Numbered from the stretch's first letter, positions 1 through 10,595 are shown. The stretch is DNA of 64,000 nt from an uncultured Actinomycetota bacterium (GCA_963800485.1 CAWDBA010000006.1:41428-105427), one strand, 5' to 3'. Translations and numbers: made by a program. The notes: generated by a model not told the origin, from the letters alone.

Positions 1-1368
1 GAACCCCGGGAACGTGATCACCCGACCGCTGGCCGCGAACACGACGTCCTCGCCGGTCGAGGCGGCGCCACCGAGGCGGATGCTCACCGACTGGCCCTGC
101 GCGTCGCGCATCTGGGAGGCGACCGTGCGCATCCAGATCAGCTCGTAGAGCCGGAACTCGCCGCCGGAGAGACCGGTCTGGGCCGGCGTACGGAAGTGGT
201 CGCCCGCGGGCCGGATCGCCTCGTGCGCCTCCTGGGCGTTCTTCACCTTGGACGCGTAGGTGCGGGGCGCGTCCGGCAGGTAGTCGTTGCCGTACAGCTC
301 GCGCACCTGCTCCCGCGCGGCGGAGACGGCGGTCCCCGACAGCGTGGTCGAGTCGGTGCGCATGTAGGTGATGAAGCCGTTCTCGTAGAGCCGCTGCGCG
401 ACCGACATCGCCGACGAGGCGGTCATGCCCAGCTTGCGGGAGGCCTCCTGCTGGAGCGTCGTGGTGCGGAACGGCGCGTACGGCTGACGGCGGTAGGGCT
501 TGGACTCCACCGAGCTGACCGAGAAGGCGGTGTCCTCGATGCCCGCGGCGAGTGCCTCCGCGGCACGTCGGTCGAGGTGCACGACCGCCTTCGGACCCTC
601 CGCAGCCGTGGGCGTGAGGTAGCCGTCGGCGCCGAAGTCGCGCCCCGAGGCCACCCGGGAGCCGTCGACCGAGTGCAGGCGGGCCGGGAACATCCGCTGC
701 TCGTGGGACTGGCCGGCGTCGAAGGTGCCGTGCAGGTCCCAGTACGCCGCGGTGCGGAACGCGATCCGTTCGCGCTCGCGGCTGACCACCAGTCGGGTGG
801 CGACCGACTGCACGCGGCCGGCGGAGAGGCCGGACATGACCTTCTTCCACAGCACCGGGGAGACCTCGTAGCCGTAGAGCCGGTCCAGGATGCGCCGGGC
901 CTCCTGGGCCTCGACGAGGTCCATGTCGATGTCGCGGGGGCTGTCGACGGCCGCGCTGATCGCCGCCGGGGTGATCTCGTGGAAGACCATCCGCTTCACC
1001 GGCACCGTGGGCTTGAGCTCGTCGAGCAGGTGCCACGCGATGGCCTCGCCCTCGCGGTCCTCGTCGGTGGCGAGGTAGAGCTCGGAGGCGTCCTTGAGCA
1101 GGCTCTTCAGCTTCGTGATGTGCGGCTTCTTGTCACGGCTGACGACGTAGTAGGGCGCGAAGCCGTGGTCGACGTCGACCGCGAGGCGCGCCCAGGACTC
1201 GCCCTTGATCTTGGCCGGGATGTCGGCGGCCGAGTGCGGGAGGTCGCGGATGTGACCGATGGAGGACTCGACGACGTACCCGGTGCCGAGGTAGCCCTGG
1301 ATGGTGCGGGCCTTGGCCGGGGACTCGACGATGACGAGCTTGTGCCCGTCTTCAGACTTGGTTGCCAC
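1..1368 (-). CDS. topA: DNA topoisomerase I (5' part; runs off window start)
   Basis: Minus strand from GTG at 1368 reads MATKSEDGHKLVIVESPAKARTIQGYLG..SSIGHIRDLP, LATDEDREGEAIAWHL, SAGRVQS, GFITYMRTDS (catalytic Tyr). Absent from the ORF track because it has no stop in the window. Confidence 0.97.
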   Translation of the reverse strand, partial: MATKSEDGHKLVIVESPAKARTIQGYLGTGYVVESSIGHIRDLPHSAADIPAKIKGESWARLAVDVDHGFAPYYVVSRDKKPHITKLKSLLKDASELYLATDEDREGEAIAWHLLDELKPTVPVKRMVFHEITPAAISAAVDSPRDIDMDLVEAQEARRILDRLYGYEVSPVLWKKVMSGLSAGRVQSVATRLVVSRERERIAFRTAAYWDLHGTFDAGQSHEQRMFPARLHSVDGSRVASGRDFGADGYLTPTAAEGPKAVVHLDRRAAEALAAGIEDTAFSVSSVESKPYRRQPYAPFRTTTLQQEASRKLGMTASSAMSVAQRLYENGFITYMRTDSTTLSGTAVSAAREQVRELYGNDYLPDAPRTYASKVKNAQEAHEAIRPAGDHFRTPAQTGLSGGEFRLYELIWMRTVASQMRDAQGQSVSIRLGGAASTGEDVVFAASGRVITFPGF

Positions 1369-1447
1369 TTGAACGACGCTCCTGGGGAGTGGGGGCGATG
1401 ACACGGTAGCGCCTGCTGCGGGAGAGGGCCGCGGGCCTGTGGGCGGG

Positions 1448-2962
1448 TCAGCCCTCGGAGGACCCGAGCTCGAGGTAGCCCTCGACGACGAGGTCCCGCA
1501 CCACCGGACCGTACGCCGAGCGCAGCGAGCCGGCGTCCCGGTCCAGCAACCGGGCCACCGCGTCGATGATGGAGCCCACCGTCAGCTCACCGTCGCACGC
1601 CCCCACCACGGCGGCCTCGACGGTGTCCACGGGCCGGGCGCGTCGCACCAGCCGCTGCTGGCGCAGCACGATGCGGGCGGGGTCCTCCGCGCCGGCCCGG
1701 CCGACGGTCTCCTGCACGACGTCCTCGCGGAGCACGGGCCGGGTGGCGAGCAGCGCCTCGTCGTCCAGCCCGGCGAGCGCCTCGACGGCGCCGGTCCACT
1801 GCCCGAACGCGTCCGCGACCGGCTGCTCCACGTCGTAGGGCCACGGCTCCAGCCGGTGCACGGGGGTGCCGCCGGAGGCACCGGGACGCTCCAGGTTGAT
1901 CCAGCCGAAGCCGACGCCCTCGACACCCCGGTGCTCGAACCACGACAACCAGGTGTCGTAGCGCTCGGCGTAGCCGGGACCGCCGTGGTGGCCGGAGTCC
2001 TTGAGCCACAGCTCGACGTACGCCGCGGGGTCCATCGTCTCGCGCTGCACGACCCAGGCGTGGCAGCCGGAGTCGGCGACCATCGCCTCGAGGCGCTCCT
2101 CCCACGGCTGGTCGCGCAGCACGACCCAGTCGCCCAGCAGGTGGCACCGGCCGCCGGGGGCGAGGTGGCGCGGCACGGTGCGCACCATCTGCTCGACGGC
2201 CCGGTCGCCGGGCAGACCGGAGTCGCGGTAGACCAGCTGCTCGCCGGTGCCCGGGGAGATCACGAAGGGCGGGTTGGAGACGACCAGGTCGAACTCCTCC
2301 CCCGCCACCGGGGCGAACCAGCTGCCCTCGCGCACGTCGATCGTGTCGACGTCGTTGAGCGCGGCGTTGAACCGCGCCAACCACAGTGCGCGGCGGTTGA
2401 CGTCCGTGGCCACCACCCGGTCGCTGTGCGTGGAGAGGTGCAGCGCCTGCAGCCCCGAGCCGGTGCCCACGTCGAGCGCGCTGCCGACCGGGCGGCGGCT
2501 GGTGATCTGCGCCAGGCTGATCGACGCCGCGCTGGCGCCGAGCACGTAGTCCGCCGTCATCCGGTGGGGGCTGCCGTCGAGGCCGGGCGTGAGGTCCGAG
2601 GCCAGCCACCAGTCGTGGTCGGCTCCCCTCGCGCCCGTCTCGGCGTACGGCGACACGTCGACGCGGGCGGCCACCTCGCCGACCGAGGCCTCCAGCACCC
2701 CCTCGACGCAGAGCCGGTCGACGAGACCCGGCAGCGCCGCCTCCACCGCGCTCGCGGGCACCGGCACCTGCAGCGGCCAGAGCCGCACCAGCGTCTCCAG
2801 CACGCTGCCGCCCCCGGCGACCCGGAGCGCCGGCGTGGTCTCGTCGCGCTCGAGCGCGGCGGCGGCCACCGGGCCGAGCAGCTCGGCGACGGCGGCGTGG
2901 GTGTAGCCGACCTCCGCCAGACGGGCGCCCAGCTCGCGGGCGAGCCCTGTCGCGCCGCTCAG
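1448..2962 (-). CDS. Class I SAM-dependent methyltransferase (N5-glutamine/N6-type, NPPF motif)
   Basis: C-terminal half of ORF 1448..4495 has ALDVGTGSGLQAL and VVSNPPFVISP. Start uncertain; the in-frame CTG at 2962 overlaps the gabD stop. Confidence 0.85.
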   Translation of the reverse strand: MSGATGLARELGARLAEVGYTHAAVAELLGPVAAAALERDETTPALRVAGGGSVLETLVRLWPLQVPVPASAVEAALPGLVDRLCVEGVLEASVGEVAARVDVSPYAETGARGADHDWWLASDLTPGLDGSPHRMTADYVLGASAASISLAQITSRRPVGSALDVGTGSGLQALHLSTHSDRVVATDVNRRALWLARFNAALNDVDTIDVREGSWFAPVAGEEFDLVVSNPPFVISPGTGEQLVYRDSGLPGDRAVEQMVRTVPRHLAPGGRCHLLGDWVVLRDQPWEERLEAMVADSGCHAWVVQRETMDPAAYVELWLKDSGHHGGPGYAERYDTWLSWFEHRGVEGVGFGWINLERPGASGGTPVHRLEPWPYDVEQPVADAFGQWTGAVEALAGLDDEALLATRPVLREDVVQETVGRAGAEDPARIVLRQQRLVRRARPVDTVEAAVVGACDGELTVGSIIDAVARLLDRDAGSLRSAYGPVVRDLVVEGYLELGSSEG

Positions 2963-4419
2963 AAGGCGATCCCGACGTACTTGGTCTCCAGGTACTCCTC
3001 GATGCCCTCGAAGCCGCCCTCGCGGCCGAAGCCCGAGTGCTTCACCCCGCCGAACGGCGCCGAGGGGTTGGAGACGACGCCCTGGTTGACGCCCACCATG
3101 CCGAACTCCAGCGCCTCGGCCACCCGCAGCGTGCGGCTCAGGTCGGCGGTGTAGACGTAGGCGACCAGGCCGTACTCGGTGTCGTTGGCGCCGGTGACCG
3201 CCTCGTCCTCGTCGGTGAAGGTCGTGATGGGCGCGACCGGGCCGAAGATCTCCTCGCGCAGCAGCCGGGCGTCGGGCGTGACGTCGGTGAGCACGGTCGG
3301 CGCGAAGTAGTAGCCCTCGCCCTCGATCGTGGAGCCGCCGGTGACGACCGTGGCGCCCTTGTCGACGGCGTCGTCGACGAGCTCGGCGACCTTCGAGCGC
3401 TGGGTGTCGTCGATCAGCGGGCCGACGTCGACGCCGTCGTCGGTGCCGCGCCCGACGGTGCGGGCCGCCATCCGGTCGCCGAGCTTCTTCGCGAACTCGT
3501 CGGCGACGGAGGTGTGCACCAGGAACCGGTTGGCCGAGGTGCAGGCCTCGCCGATGTTGCGCATCTTGGCCAGCATCGCGCCGTCGACGGCGGCGTCGAC
3601 GTCGGCGTCGCCGAAGACCAGGAAGGGTGCGTTGCCGCCGAGCTCCATCGAGACCCGCAGCAGCTGCTCGGCGGACTGCTCGACGAGCTTCTTGCCGATC
3701 GGGGTCGACCCGGTGAAGGTGAGCTTGCGCAGGCGCTGGTCCTTGATGAGCGGCTCCATCACCTTGCCGGTGCTGCTCGTGGTGACCACGTTGAGCACGC
3801 CCTGGGGCAGGCCGCACTCCTCGAGCAGCTCGGCGAGCATCAGCATCGTCAGCGGGGTCTGCGAGGCGGGCTTGACCACCATCGTGCAGCCGGCGGCGAT
3901 GGCCGGACCGATCTTGCGCGTGCCCATCGCCAGCGGGAAGTTCCAGGGCGTGATCATCAGCGTGGGGCCGACCGGCTGCTTCATCGTCATCAGCCGGGTG
4001 CCGCCGGCCGGGGCGACGGAGTAGCGCCCGGCGATCCGCACGGCCTCCTCGGAGAACCAGCGGAAGAACTCCGAGCCGTAGGCGACCTCGCCCTGCGACT
4101 CGGCCAGCGGCTTGCCCATCTCGAGGGTCATCATCAGCGCGAAGTCGTCGGAGCGCTCCTGCAGCAGCTCCCAGGCGCGACGCAGGATCTCGCCCCGCTC
4201 CCGCGGCGGCGTCGCGGCCCACCCGGCCTGCGCGGCGACCGCGGCGTCCAGCGCGGCCCGACCGTCCTCGACGCTGCCGTCGGCGACCTCGGCCAGCGTC
4301 GAGCCGTTGCTCGGGTCCTCGACCGCGAGGGTCGCCCCGCTGGAGGCCGCGCGCCACTCCCCTCCGATGTACAGGCCGGTGGGGATACGGGACAGCAGGT
4401 CCTGCTCGTTGGAGCTCAT
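2959..4419 (-). CDS. gabD: NAD(P)-dependent succinate-semialdehyde dehydrogenase
   Basis: ITPWNFP, FTGST, MELGGNAP, catalytic Cys in GEACTSANR, EEIFGP. ATG 4419 is preceded by GAGAGGA. Confidence 0.9.
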   Translation of the reverse strand: MSSNEQDLLSRIPTGLYIGGEWRAASSGATLAVEDPSNGSTLAEVADGSVEDGRAALDAAVAAQAGWAATPPRERGEILRRAWELLQERSDDFALMMTLEMGKPLAESQGEVAYGSEFFRWFSEEAVRIAGRYSVAPAGGTRLMTMKQPVGPTLMITPWNFPLAMGTRKIGPAIAAGCTMVVKPASQTPLTMLMLAELLEECGLPQGVLNVVTTSSTGKVMEPLIKDQRLRKLTFTGSTPIGKKLVEQSAEQLLRVSMELGGNAPFLVFGDADVDAAVDGAMLAKMRNIGEACTSANRFLVHTSVADEFAKKLGDRMAARTVGRGTDDGVDVGPLIDDTQRSKVAELVDDAVDKGATVVTGGSTIEGEGYYFAPTVLTDVTPDARLLREEIFGPVAPITTFTDEDEAVTGANDTEYGLVAYVYTADLSRTLRVAEALEFGMVGVNQGVVSNPSAPFGGVKHSGFGREGGFEGIEEYLETKYVGIAF

Positions 4420-4543
4420 GGGTGGGTCCTCTCGACACGGTAGGAGCGCGGTACGGCGCCGGGGCGCCGCGGCAACGGTAACGATGTACCCACACCTCGT
4501 GCCCGGCCCACCCGGCCTGCGCTCCCCGGGCCTCGGGGCGGCC

Positions 4544-6829
4544 TCAGCGAGGTGTCTGGTCCGCGTGCTCGGCGGTGTCGACCGCCACCGGGCGACGCTT
4601 CGAGACGTACACGGCCACGGCGATGATCGCGGTCGCCGCGAGCGCGATCGAGATCCGGAACACCGGGCTGGTGTCACCGGTCGAGAGCTGCACGATCGCG
4701 CCGGCGATCAGCAACGAGACCAGGTTCATCACCTTGAGCAGCGGGTTGATCGCGGGGCCCGCGGTGTCCTTGAAGGGGTCGCCCACGGTGTCGCCGATGA
4801 CGACCGCCTCGTGCGCCGCGGAGCCCTTGCCGCCGTGGTGCCCGTCCTCGACGAGCTTCTTGGCGTTGTCCCAGGCGCCACCGGCGTTCGCCAGGAAGAC
4901 CGCCATCAGCGTGCCGGTGCCGATCGCGCCGGCGAGGAATCCGGCCAGCGGCCCGACACCGAGACCGAAGCCGACCGCGATCGGGGCGAAGATCGCCAGC
5001 ACCCCGGGGGTGGCCAGCTCGCGCAGCGAGTCGCGGGTACAGATGTCGACGACCTTGCCGTACTCCGGGCGGCCGGTGCCCTCCATGATGCCGGGGATCT
5101 CGCGGAACTGGCGGCGCACCTCGAAGACCACGGCCCCGGCCGCGCGCCCCACGGCGCTGATGGCGAGGCCGGAGAAGAGGAAGACCACCGCCGAGCCGAT
5201 GATCAGGCCGACCAGCACGTTGGGGCTGTAGACGGCCGACTGGAAGGACAGCCCGACGTCGCCGGCCCGCACCCGCGCCTCGGCGAGGGCGTCGGCGATC
5301 GCGCCCGTGTAGGAGCCGAACAGGGCGGTGGCCGCGAGCACCGCGGTGGCGATCGCGATGCCCTTGGTGATCGCCTTGGTGGTGTTGCCCACGGCGTCGA
5401 GCTCGGTGAGGATCGCCGCCCCCTCGCCGTCGACGTCGCCGGACATCTCCGCGATGCCCTGGGCGTTGTCGGACACGGGCCCGAAGGTGTCCATCGCGAC
5501 GATGACGCCGACGGTGGTGAGCAGGCCGCAGCCGGCCAGCGCGACGGCGAAGAGCGACACCGTGACCGAGGCGCCACCGAGGAGGAAGGCACCGAACACG
5601 GCGGCCCCGATCACCAGCGAGGTGAAGACGGCCGACTCGAAGCCGACCGCGAGGCCCGACAGGATCACCGTGGCGGCGCCGGTCAGCGAGGTGGTGCCGA
5701 CGTCCTTGACCGGTCGGAAGTCGGTGCCGGTGTAGTAGCCGGTCAACGAGAGGATCACGGCGGCGAGCGCGATGCCGATGAGCACCGCGACCATCGCGAT
5801 CAGCGCCGGGTTGCCGGGGCCGCTCATGCCGAGGTCGCCGAAGCTGGTCGGCAGGTAGACGAAGGCGGCGACCGAGCAGACCACCGCCGAGATGGCGGCC
5901 GACATGTAGAACGACCGGTTGATCGTGGTGAGGCCGTTCTCGCCCGGCCGGGGCTGGGTGAGGTAGACGCCGGCGATCGCGGTCAGCGCCCCGATGGCGG
6001 GCACGATGAGCGGGAAGACCAGCCCCTTCTCCCCGAAGGCCGCGGAGCCGAGGATCAGCGCGGCGACCAGGGTGACGGCGTACGACTCGAAGAGGTCGGC
6101 GGCCATGCCGGCGCAGTCACCGACGTTGTCGCCCACGTTGTCGGCGATGGTCGCGGCGTTGCGCGGGTCGTCCTCGGGGATGCCCGCCTCGACCTTGCCG
6201 ACCAGGTCGGCGCCGACGTCGGCGGCCTTGGTGAAGATCCCGCCGCCGACCCGCATGAACATGGCGAGCAGCGCGGCGCCGAAGCCGAAGCCCTCGAGCA
6301 CGGCCGGGGCCTCGGCCCGGTAGAGCAGCACCACGACGGCGGCGCCGAGCAGGCCGAGGCCGACGGTGAGCATGCCGACGGTCCCTCCGGTGCGGAAGGC
6401 GACCCGCATGGCCGGGTCGCGGCCCTCGTCACGCGCCGCCGCCGCGACGCGGAGGTTCGCCCGGACGGCGAGCGACATGCCGAGGTAGCCCACGACCGCG
6501 GAGAACCCGGCCCCGACGAGGAAGAAGACCGAGCGACCGACCTTCACCGAGGTGGTGTCGGCCGGCAGCAGGAACAGCAGCACGAAGGCGATGACCGCGA
6601 AGACCCCCAGCGTCTTGAACTGCCGGGTCAGGAACGCCGACGCGCCCTCCTGCACCGCCTGGGCGATGGCTTGCATGTTGACCGTGCCCTCGGGCGCCGC
6701 GAGCACCTCCCGGCGGAACACCCCGGCCATCACCAGGGCGGCCACGCCGATGGCCGCGACGACGACGACGAGGGAGAGGTTGCCGCCCGAGATTTCCAGC
6801 GCGGCTGCGGCGATGACAGTCGTGGACAT
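4544..6829 (-). CDS. hppA: Membrane-bound H+-translocating pyrophosphatase, K+-independent type
   Basis: GGIFTKAADVGADLVGKVE, DNVGDNVGD and GDPFKDT motifs. GNTTKA carries the Lys diagnostic of K+-independent enzymes. Confidence 0.95.
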   Translation of the reverse strand: MSTTVIAAAALEISGGNLSLVVVVAAIGVAALVMAGVFRREVLAAPEGTVNMQAIAQAVQEGASAFLTRQFKTLGVFAVIAFVLLFLLPADTTSVKVGRSVFFLVGAGFSAVVGYLGMSLAVRANLRVAAAARDEGRDPAMRVAFRTGGTVGMLTVGLGLLGAAVVVLLYRAEAPAVLEGFGFGAALLAMFMRVGGGIFTKAADVGADLVGKVEAGIPEDDPRNAATIADNVGDNVGDCAGMAADLFESYAVTLVAALILGSAAFGEKGLVFPLIVPAIGALTAIAGVYLTQPRPGENGLTTINRSFYMSAAISAVVCSVAAFVYLPTSFGDLGMSGPGNPALIAMVAVLIGIALAAVILSLTGYYTGTDFRPVKDVGTTSLTGAATVILSGLAVGFESAVFTSLVIGAAVFGAFLLGGASVTVSLFAVALAGCGLLTTVGVIVAMDTFGPVSDNAQGIAEMSGDVDGEGAAILTELDAVGNTTKAITKGIAIATAVLAATALFGSYTGAIADALAEARVRAGDVGLSFQSAVYSPNVLVGLIIGSAVVFLFSGLAISAVGRAAGAVVFEVRRQFREIPGIMEGTGRPEYGKVVDICTRDSLRELATPGVLAIFAPIAVGFGLGVGPLAGFLAGAIGTGTLMAVFLANAGGAWDNAKKLVEDGHHGGKGSAAHEAVVIGDTVGDPFKDTAGPAINPLLKVMNLVSLLIAGAIVQLSTGDTSPVFRISIALAATAIIAVAVYVSKRRPVAVDTAEHADQTPR

Positions 6830-6936
6830 TGCACTCCTGGGGGTTCGCAGCGCCCAGGTGAGACCTGGGGCGGATCACGGTTGGGGCGCACTATACGGAG
6901 GAAGGCGCTCCTGACCAGGGGTGCGACGAGGGCGAG

Positions 6937-7275
6937 TCAGGCCGGGCTGAGGGCGTCGTCGACCGAGTCGTGGATCGGGAAGACCTTGGCCAGGCCGGTG
7001 ATCCGGAAGATCTTCAGCAACCGCTCGCTGGTGCACACCAGCCGCATGCTGCCGTCGTGCACGCGCACCTTCTTCAGGCCGCCGACCAGCACCCCGAGGC
7101 CCGTGGAGTCGAGGAACTCGACGCCGCCCATGTCGATGACCAAGTCGTACGCACCGCCCGCGACGAGGTCGGTGATGGCGTCGCGCAACTTCGGGGCGGT
7201 GTAGACGTCGATCTCGCCCTCGACCTCGATGACCGTGCGACCGTTCGACTCACGCGTGGCCAGTGACAGCTCCAC
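6937..7275 (-). CDS. bldG: STAS-domain anti-sigma factor antagonist (BldG-like)
   Basis: [14 protein letters not shown] and [11 protein letters not shown] (phosphorylatable Ser); divergent from a DEAH helicase as in Streptomyces. Confidence 0.85.
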   Translation of the reverse strand: MELSLATRESNGRTVIEVEGEIDVYTAPKLRDAITDLVAGGAYDLVIDMGGVEFLDSTGLGVLVGGLKKVRVHDGSMRLVCTSERLLKIFRITGLAKVFPIHDSVDDALSPA

Positions 7276-7419
7276 CCCGAACCCCCACTTCCTGCTCGTC
7301 CGCTCCGGCGTACCCGGTCTTCGGTGCCGTTCAGCATAGGGGGACGGGCGTCGCCCGTGCTCCCGCTGACCGAATCGTCGTGCTGGATCCCCGGCGCCGG
7401 CGGGTCCGAAACCCGGGAC

Positions 7420-7441
7420 TGTCCCCGGCGGTTGCCACACT
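7420..7441 (+). promoter_or_regulatory. Possible PafBC/RecA-NDp-type DNA-damage promoter for the helicase
   Basis: TGTCCC-N10-CACACT versus consensus TGTCGG-N10-TANNNT, ending 6 nt before GTG 7448 (leaderless geometry). Confidence 0.4.
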
Positions 7442-7444
7442 GGG

Positions 7445-9814
7445 GTGGTGACGACGGTGACGACGGTGACGACGGCGACGACGGGGACGACGGGGACGAG
7501 GGGCGACCTGCTGGCCCGGCTGTCCGGCGGGCGCGAGGACCGCCTCGCCCACGCCGTCGAGCTCCCCGCCCGCGACGCGCGGTACGGCGAGTGGCCCGCC
7601 TGGTGCGCTCCCGGACTGCGGCAGGCCCTCGTCGACCAGGGGATCACCCACCCCTGGACCCACCAGACCGTCGCCGCCGAGTCGGCCTGGGCCGGGCGGC
7701 ACACCGTGCTCGCGACCGGCACCGCCAGCGGCAAGTCGCTCGGCTTCTGGCTGCCCGCCCTGACCGCCGTGCTCGACGGCCGCGACCAGCGCGGCCGCGG
7801 CGGGGCCGGCGTCCTCTACCTCGCGCCGACCAAGGCCCTGGCCCACGACCAGCTGCAGGCGCTGCACCGCCTGGGCCGCGCCGCCGAGGTCGACCTGCGC
7901 TGCGCCACCCACGACGGCGACTCCGGTCGCGAGGAGCGCGACTGGTGCCGCAGCCACGGCGACGTGCTGCTCACCAACCCCGACATGCTGCACCGCAGCC
8001 TGCTCCCCTCGCACGAGCGGTGGGCGCGCTTCCTGCGCTCGCTGCGCTTCGTGGTCGTCGACGAGTGCCACCACTACCGCGGCGTCTTCGGCGCCCACGT
8101 CGCGCTGGTGCTGCGCCGGCTGCGACGGGTGGCCCGGCTGTACGGCGCCGACCCCGTGTTCGTGCTCGCCTCCGCCACCGTCGCCGAGCCGGACGTGGCC
8201 GCCGAGCGTCTGGTGGGGGACCCCGTCCTGCCCGTCACCGACGACGGCTCACCGCGCGGCCCCGTCTCGGTGGGGCTGTGGGCGCCGCCGGTCACCTCGT
8301 TCGCCGGGGAGCACGGTGCCCCGGTGCGCCGCTCCACCAGCCACGAGGTCGCCGACCTCCTCACCGACCTGGTCGTCGACCGGGTCCGCACGCTGGCCTT
8401 CGTGCGCTCCCGCCAGGGAGTGGAGACGGTGGCCCTGACCGCCCAGCAGCAGCTGGCCGAGGTCGACCCCGGGCTCCGCGACCAGGTCGCGGCGTACCGC
8501 GGCGGCTACCTCCCCGAGGACCGACGACGGATCGAGGCGGCGCTGCGCTCCGGCGAGCTGTGCGGCCTGGCGAGCACCAACGCCCTCGAGCTCGGCATCG
8601 ACGTCGCGGGGCTGGACGCCGTCGTCATCGCCGGGTTCCCGGGCACGCGCGCCGCCTTCTGGCAGCAGGTCGGTCGCGCCGGACGCGAGGGGCAGCCGTC
8701 GCTGGCGCTCCTGGTCGCGCGGGACGACCCCCTCGACAGCTATCTGCTCGGCCACCCCGAGGCGCTGCTGGGTGCACCGGTGGAGGCCTCGGTCTTCGAC
8801 CCGGGCAACCCCTACGTCCTCGGCCCGCACCTCTGCGCGGCCGCCGAGGAGTCACCGCTCACCGAGGACGACCTCCCCCTCTTCGGCGGGTCGGCCCGCA
8901 CCGCCCTCGACGCCCTGACCGCCGGCGGCCTGCTCCGCCGCCGACCGCGCGGCTGGTTCTGGACCGACCGCAGCCGGGCCTGCGACCTGGCCGACATCCG
9001 GTCCACCGGCGGGCCGCCGGTGCGGCTCCTCGAGGCGGGCACCGGTCGCGTCGTCGGCACCCTCGACGCCGGCGCTGCCCACGGCACGGTGCACGACGAC
9101 GCGGTCTACCTGCACCAGGGCGAGACCTGGGTGGTCGACCACCTCGACCTCGACGAGCGGGTCGCCACGATGCACCGCGACCGGGTCGACCACTCCACCT
9201 GGGCCCGCGACCTGACCGACATCGCGGTGGTCGAGGAGCGGCAGTCCAGCAGCTGGGGTGGGTGCCGGGTCTCACTCGGCTCCGTGCAGGTCACCCACCA
9301 GGTCGTGTCGTTCCTGCGCCGGGCGGTGCCCGGCGGCGAGGTGCTCGGCGAGGAGCCGCTGGACCTGCCCGAGCGGACCCTCCCGACGACCGCCGTCTGG
9401 TGGACCGTGCCCGCGCACGTCCTCGCGGAGGCGGGCCTGGCCACCGCCGACCTTCCGGGTTCGGCGCACGCCGCGGAGCACGCCTCGATCGGGCTGCTCC
9501 CCCTCTTCGCCACCTGCGACCGCTGGGACATCGGGGGCGTGTCCACGGCGCTGCACCCCGACACCGGCGAGCTCACCGTCTTCGTCTACGACGGGCACCC
9601 GGGCGGCGCGGGCTTCGCCGAGCACGGGTACGCCGTCGCCGAGGCCTGGCTCCGGGCCACCCGGGAGGCGGTCGCCGGGTGCGGCTGCCCCGAGGGGTGC
9701 CCCTCGTGCGTGCAGTCGCCCAAGTGCGGCAACGGCAACGACCCGCTCGACAAGGCCGGTGCCGTCCGGCTGCTCGACGTGCTGCTGGCAGGAGCCGGCG
9801 GGTCCACGCCCTGA
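7445..9814 (+). CDS. DEAD/DEAH-box helicase with C-terminal DUF1998 Zn motif (Rv3649/SftH/MrfA-like)
   Basis: [39 protein letters not shown]. Start at 7445 or 7448. Confidence 0.92.
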   Translation: MVTTVTTVTTATTGTTGTRGDLLARLSGGREDRLAHAVELPARDARYGEWPAWCAPGLRQALVDQGITHPWTHQTVAAESAWAGRHTVLATGTASGKSLGFWLPALTAVLDGRDQRGRGGAGVLYLAPTKALAHDQLQALHRLGRAAEVDLRCATHDGDSGREERDWCRSHGDVLLTNPDMLHRSLLPSHERWARFLRSLRFVVVDECHHYRGVFGAHVALVLRRLRRVARLYGADPVFVLASATVAEPDVAAERLVGDPVLPVTDDGSPRGPVSVGLWAPPVTSFAGEHGAPVRRSTSHEVADLLTDLVVDRVRTLAFVRSRQGVETVALTAQQQLAEVDPGLRDQVAAYRGGYLPEDRRRIEAALRSGELCGLASTNALELGIDVAGLDAVVIAGFPGTRAAFWQQVGRAGREGQPSLALLVARDDPLDSYLLGHPEALLGAPVEASVFDPGNPYVLGPHLCAAAEESPLTEDDLPLFGGSARTALDALTAGGLLRRRPRGWFWTDRSRACDLADIRSTGGPPVRLLEAGTGRVVGTLDAGAAHGTVHDDAVYLHQGETWVVDHLDLDERVATMHRDRVDHSTWARDLTDIAVVEERQSSSWGGCRVSLGSVQVTHQVVSFLRRAVPGGEVLGEEPLDLPERTLPTTAVWWTVPAHVLAEAGLATADLPGSAHAAEHASIGLLPLFATCDRWDIGGVSTALHPDTGELTVFVYDGHPGGAGFAEHGYAVAEAWLRATREAVAGCGCPEGCPSCVQSPKCGNGNDPLDKAGAVRLLDVLLAGAGGSTP
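7448..7501 (+). repeat. 9-bp tandem repeat (gNgacgacg x6) at the helicase 5' end
   Basis: gtgacgacg x3, gcgacgacg, gggacgacg, gggacgagg, encoding [18 protein letters not shown]. Confidence 0.85.
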
Positions 9815-9842
9815 TCCGGTGGGGGGCGCCTAGGCTGAGGGC

Positions 9843-10214
9843 ATGTTCGCTCTGGGTGTCATCCTGCTGGGCCTGTCGTCCCTCGTCTTCGTCGTCGCAC
9901 TGATCGCGGGGGCCAACGACGCGGCCACCCTCGGCATCGGCGCCGTCGACATCCCGCTCAACGTGACCGGGGCGTTCCTCCTCGGTGCCGCGACGGTGGT
10001 CGTGTTCGTCATGGGCCTGGAGCTCTTCCGCTCCGGCACCAAGAAGGGCATCCAGCACCGCAAGGAGAAGAAGCGCCTGACCAAGCTCGAGAAGGAGCTC
10101 GCGGCGACCAAGGCGGCCGACTCCACGGGCACCTCGAACACGTCCTCGGGCACCGGCACGTCCTCGAGCACCGGATCGGGCTCGTCCGGCACCGGCACCG
10201 GCACCGGCGTCTGA
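9843..10214 (+). CDS. Small two-TM membrane protein with basic coil and Ser/Thr/Gly tail
   Basis: Two hydrophobic helices, KKEKKRLTKLEKEL-like basic segment, good GC3 codon bias. Confidence 0.75.
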   Translation: MFALGVILLGLSSLVFVVALIAGANDAATLGIGAVDIPLNVTGAFLLGAATVVVFVMGLELFRSGTKKGIQHRKEKKRLTKLEKELAATKAADSTGTSNTSSGTGTSSSTGSGSSGTGTGTGV

Positions 10215-10232
10215 CCTCCTGACCGCGGGCCG

Positions 10233-10595
10233 TCAGGGCCCGGCGCGCGCCCGGCGTACGACGCGAGGCAGCGCCCGCAGGCCGGCGACGGGCACCACCC
10301 GGGCAGCCACGTGCACCTCGACGTCGTCGCCGGCACGGCGGCAGCGGGTCACGGTCGCGCCGTTGGCGCGGGCCACCGGGTGCGCCGCGGCGCACCCGTC
10401 CCGGCCTCGCTGCACCGCCTGGGCTCCGGCCAGGGCGGCGAGGTCGGCCGCCGCCGCGGCCCGATGACCGGCCTCGACGGCCGCGGCCACCACCGCGAGG
10501 CCCAGCAGCAGCGACACGAGCACGCCCGTGACGGCCAGCCCGAGCACCGACGCCGCCCCCCGCTCGGCGCTCGCGTGAGGGCACGGTCGGCTCAC
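10233..10595 (-). CDS. Rv3654c-like TadE/minor pilin
   Basis: ERG/AASVL prepilin-type cleavage site, AAAADLAALAGA, two Cys. GTG overlaps the upstream stop. Confidence 0.8.
   Translation of the reverse strand: MSRPCPHASAERGAASVLGLAVTGVLVSLLLGLAVVAAAVEAGHRAAAAADLAALAGAQAVQRGRDGCAAAHPVARANGATVTRCRRAGDDVEVHVAARVVPVAGLRALPRVVRRARAGP

Noticed and set aside
196-1401. 401-aa plus-strand ORF and many similar long antisense ORFs (e.g. 4112..7204, 39832..41865, 42763..44886)
   Set aside because: Shadow ORFs opposite real genes, caused by stop-codon scarcity at high GC; no recognisable motifs.
7448-7501. Short repeats as a possible CRISPR array
   Set aside because: 9-bp tandem units without spacers; no cas genes or repeat-spacer array seen in the window.
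10120-10212. ggcacc repeats
   Set aside because: Low-complexity Gly/Thr/Ser coding tail, not an independent element.
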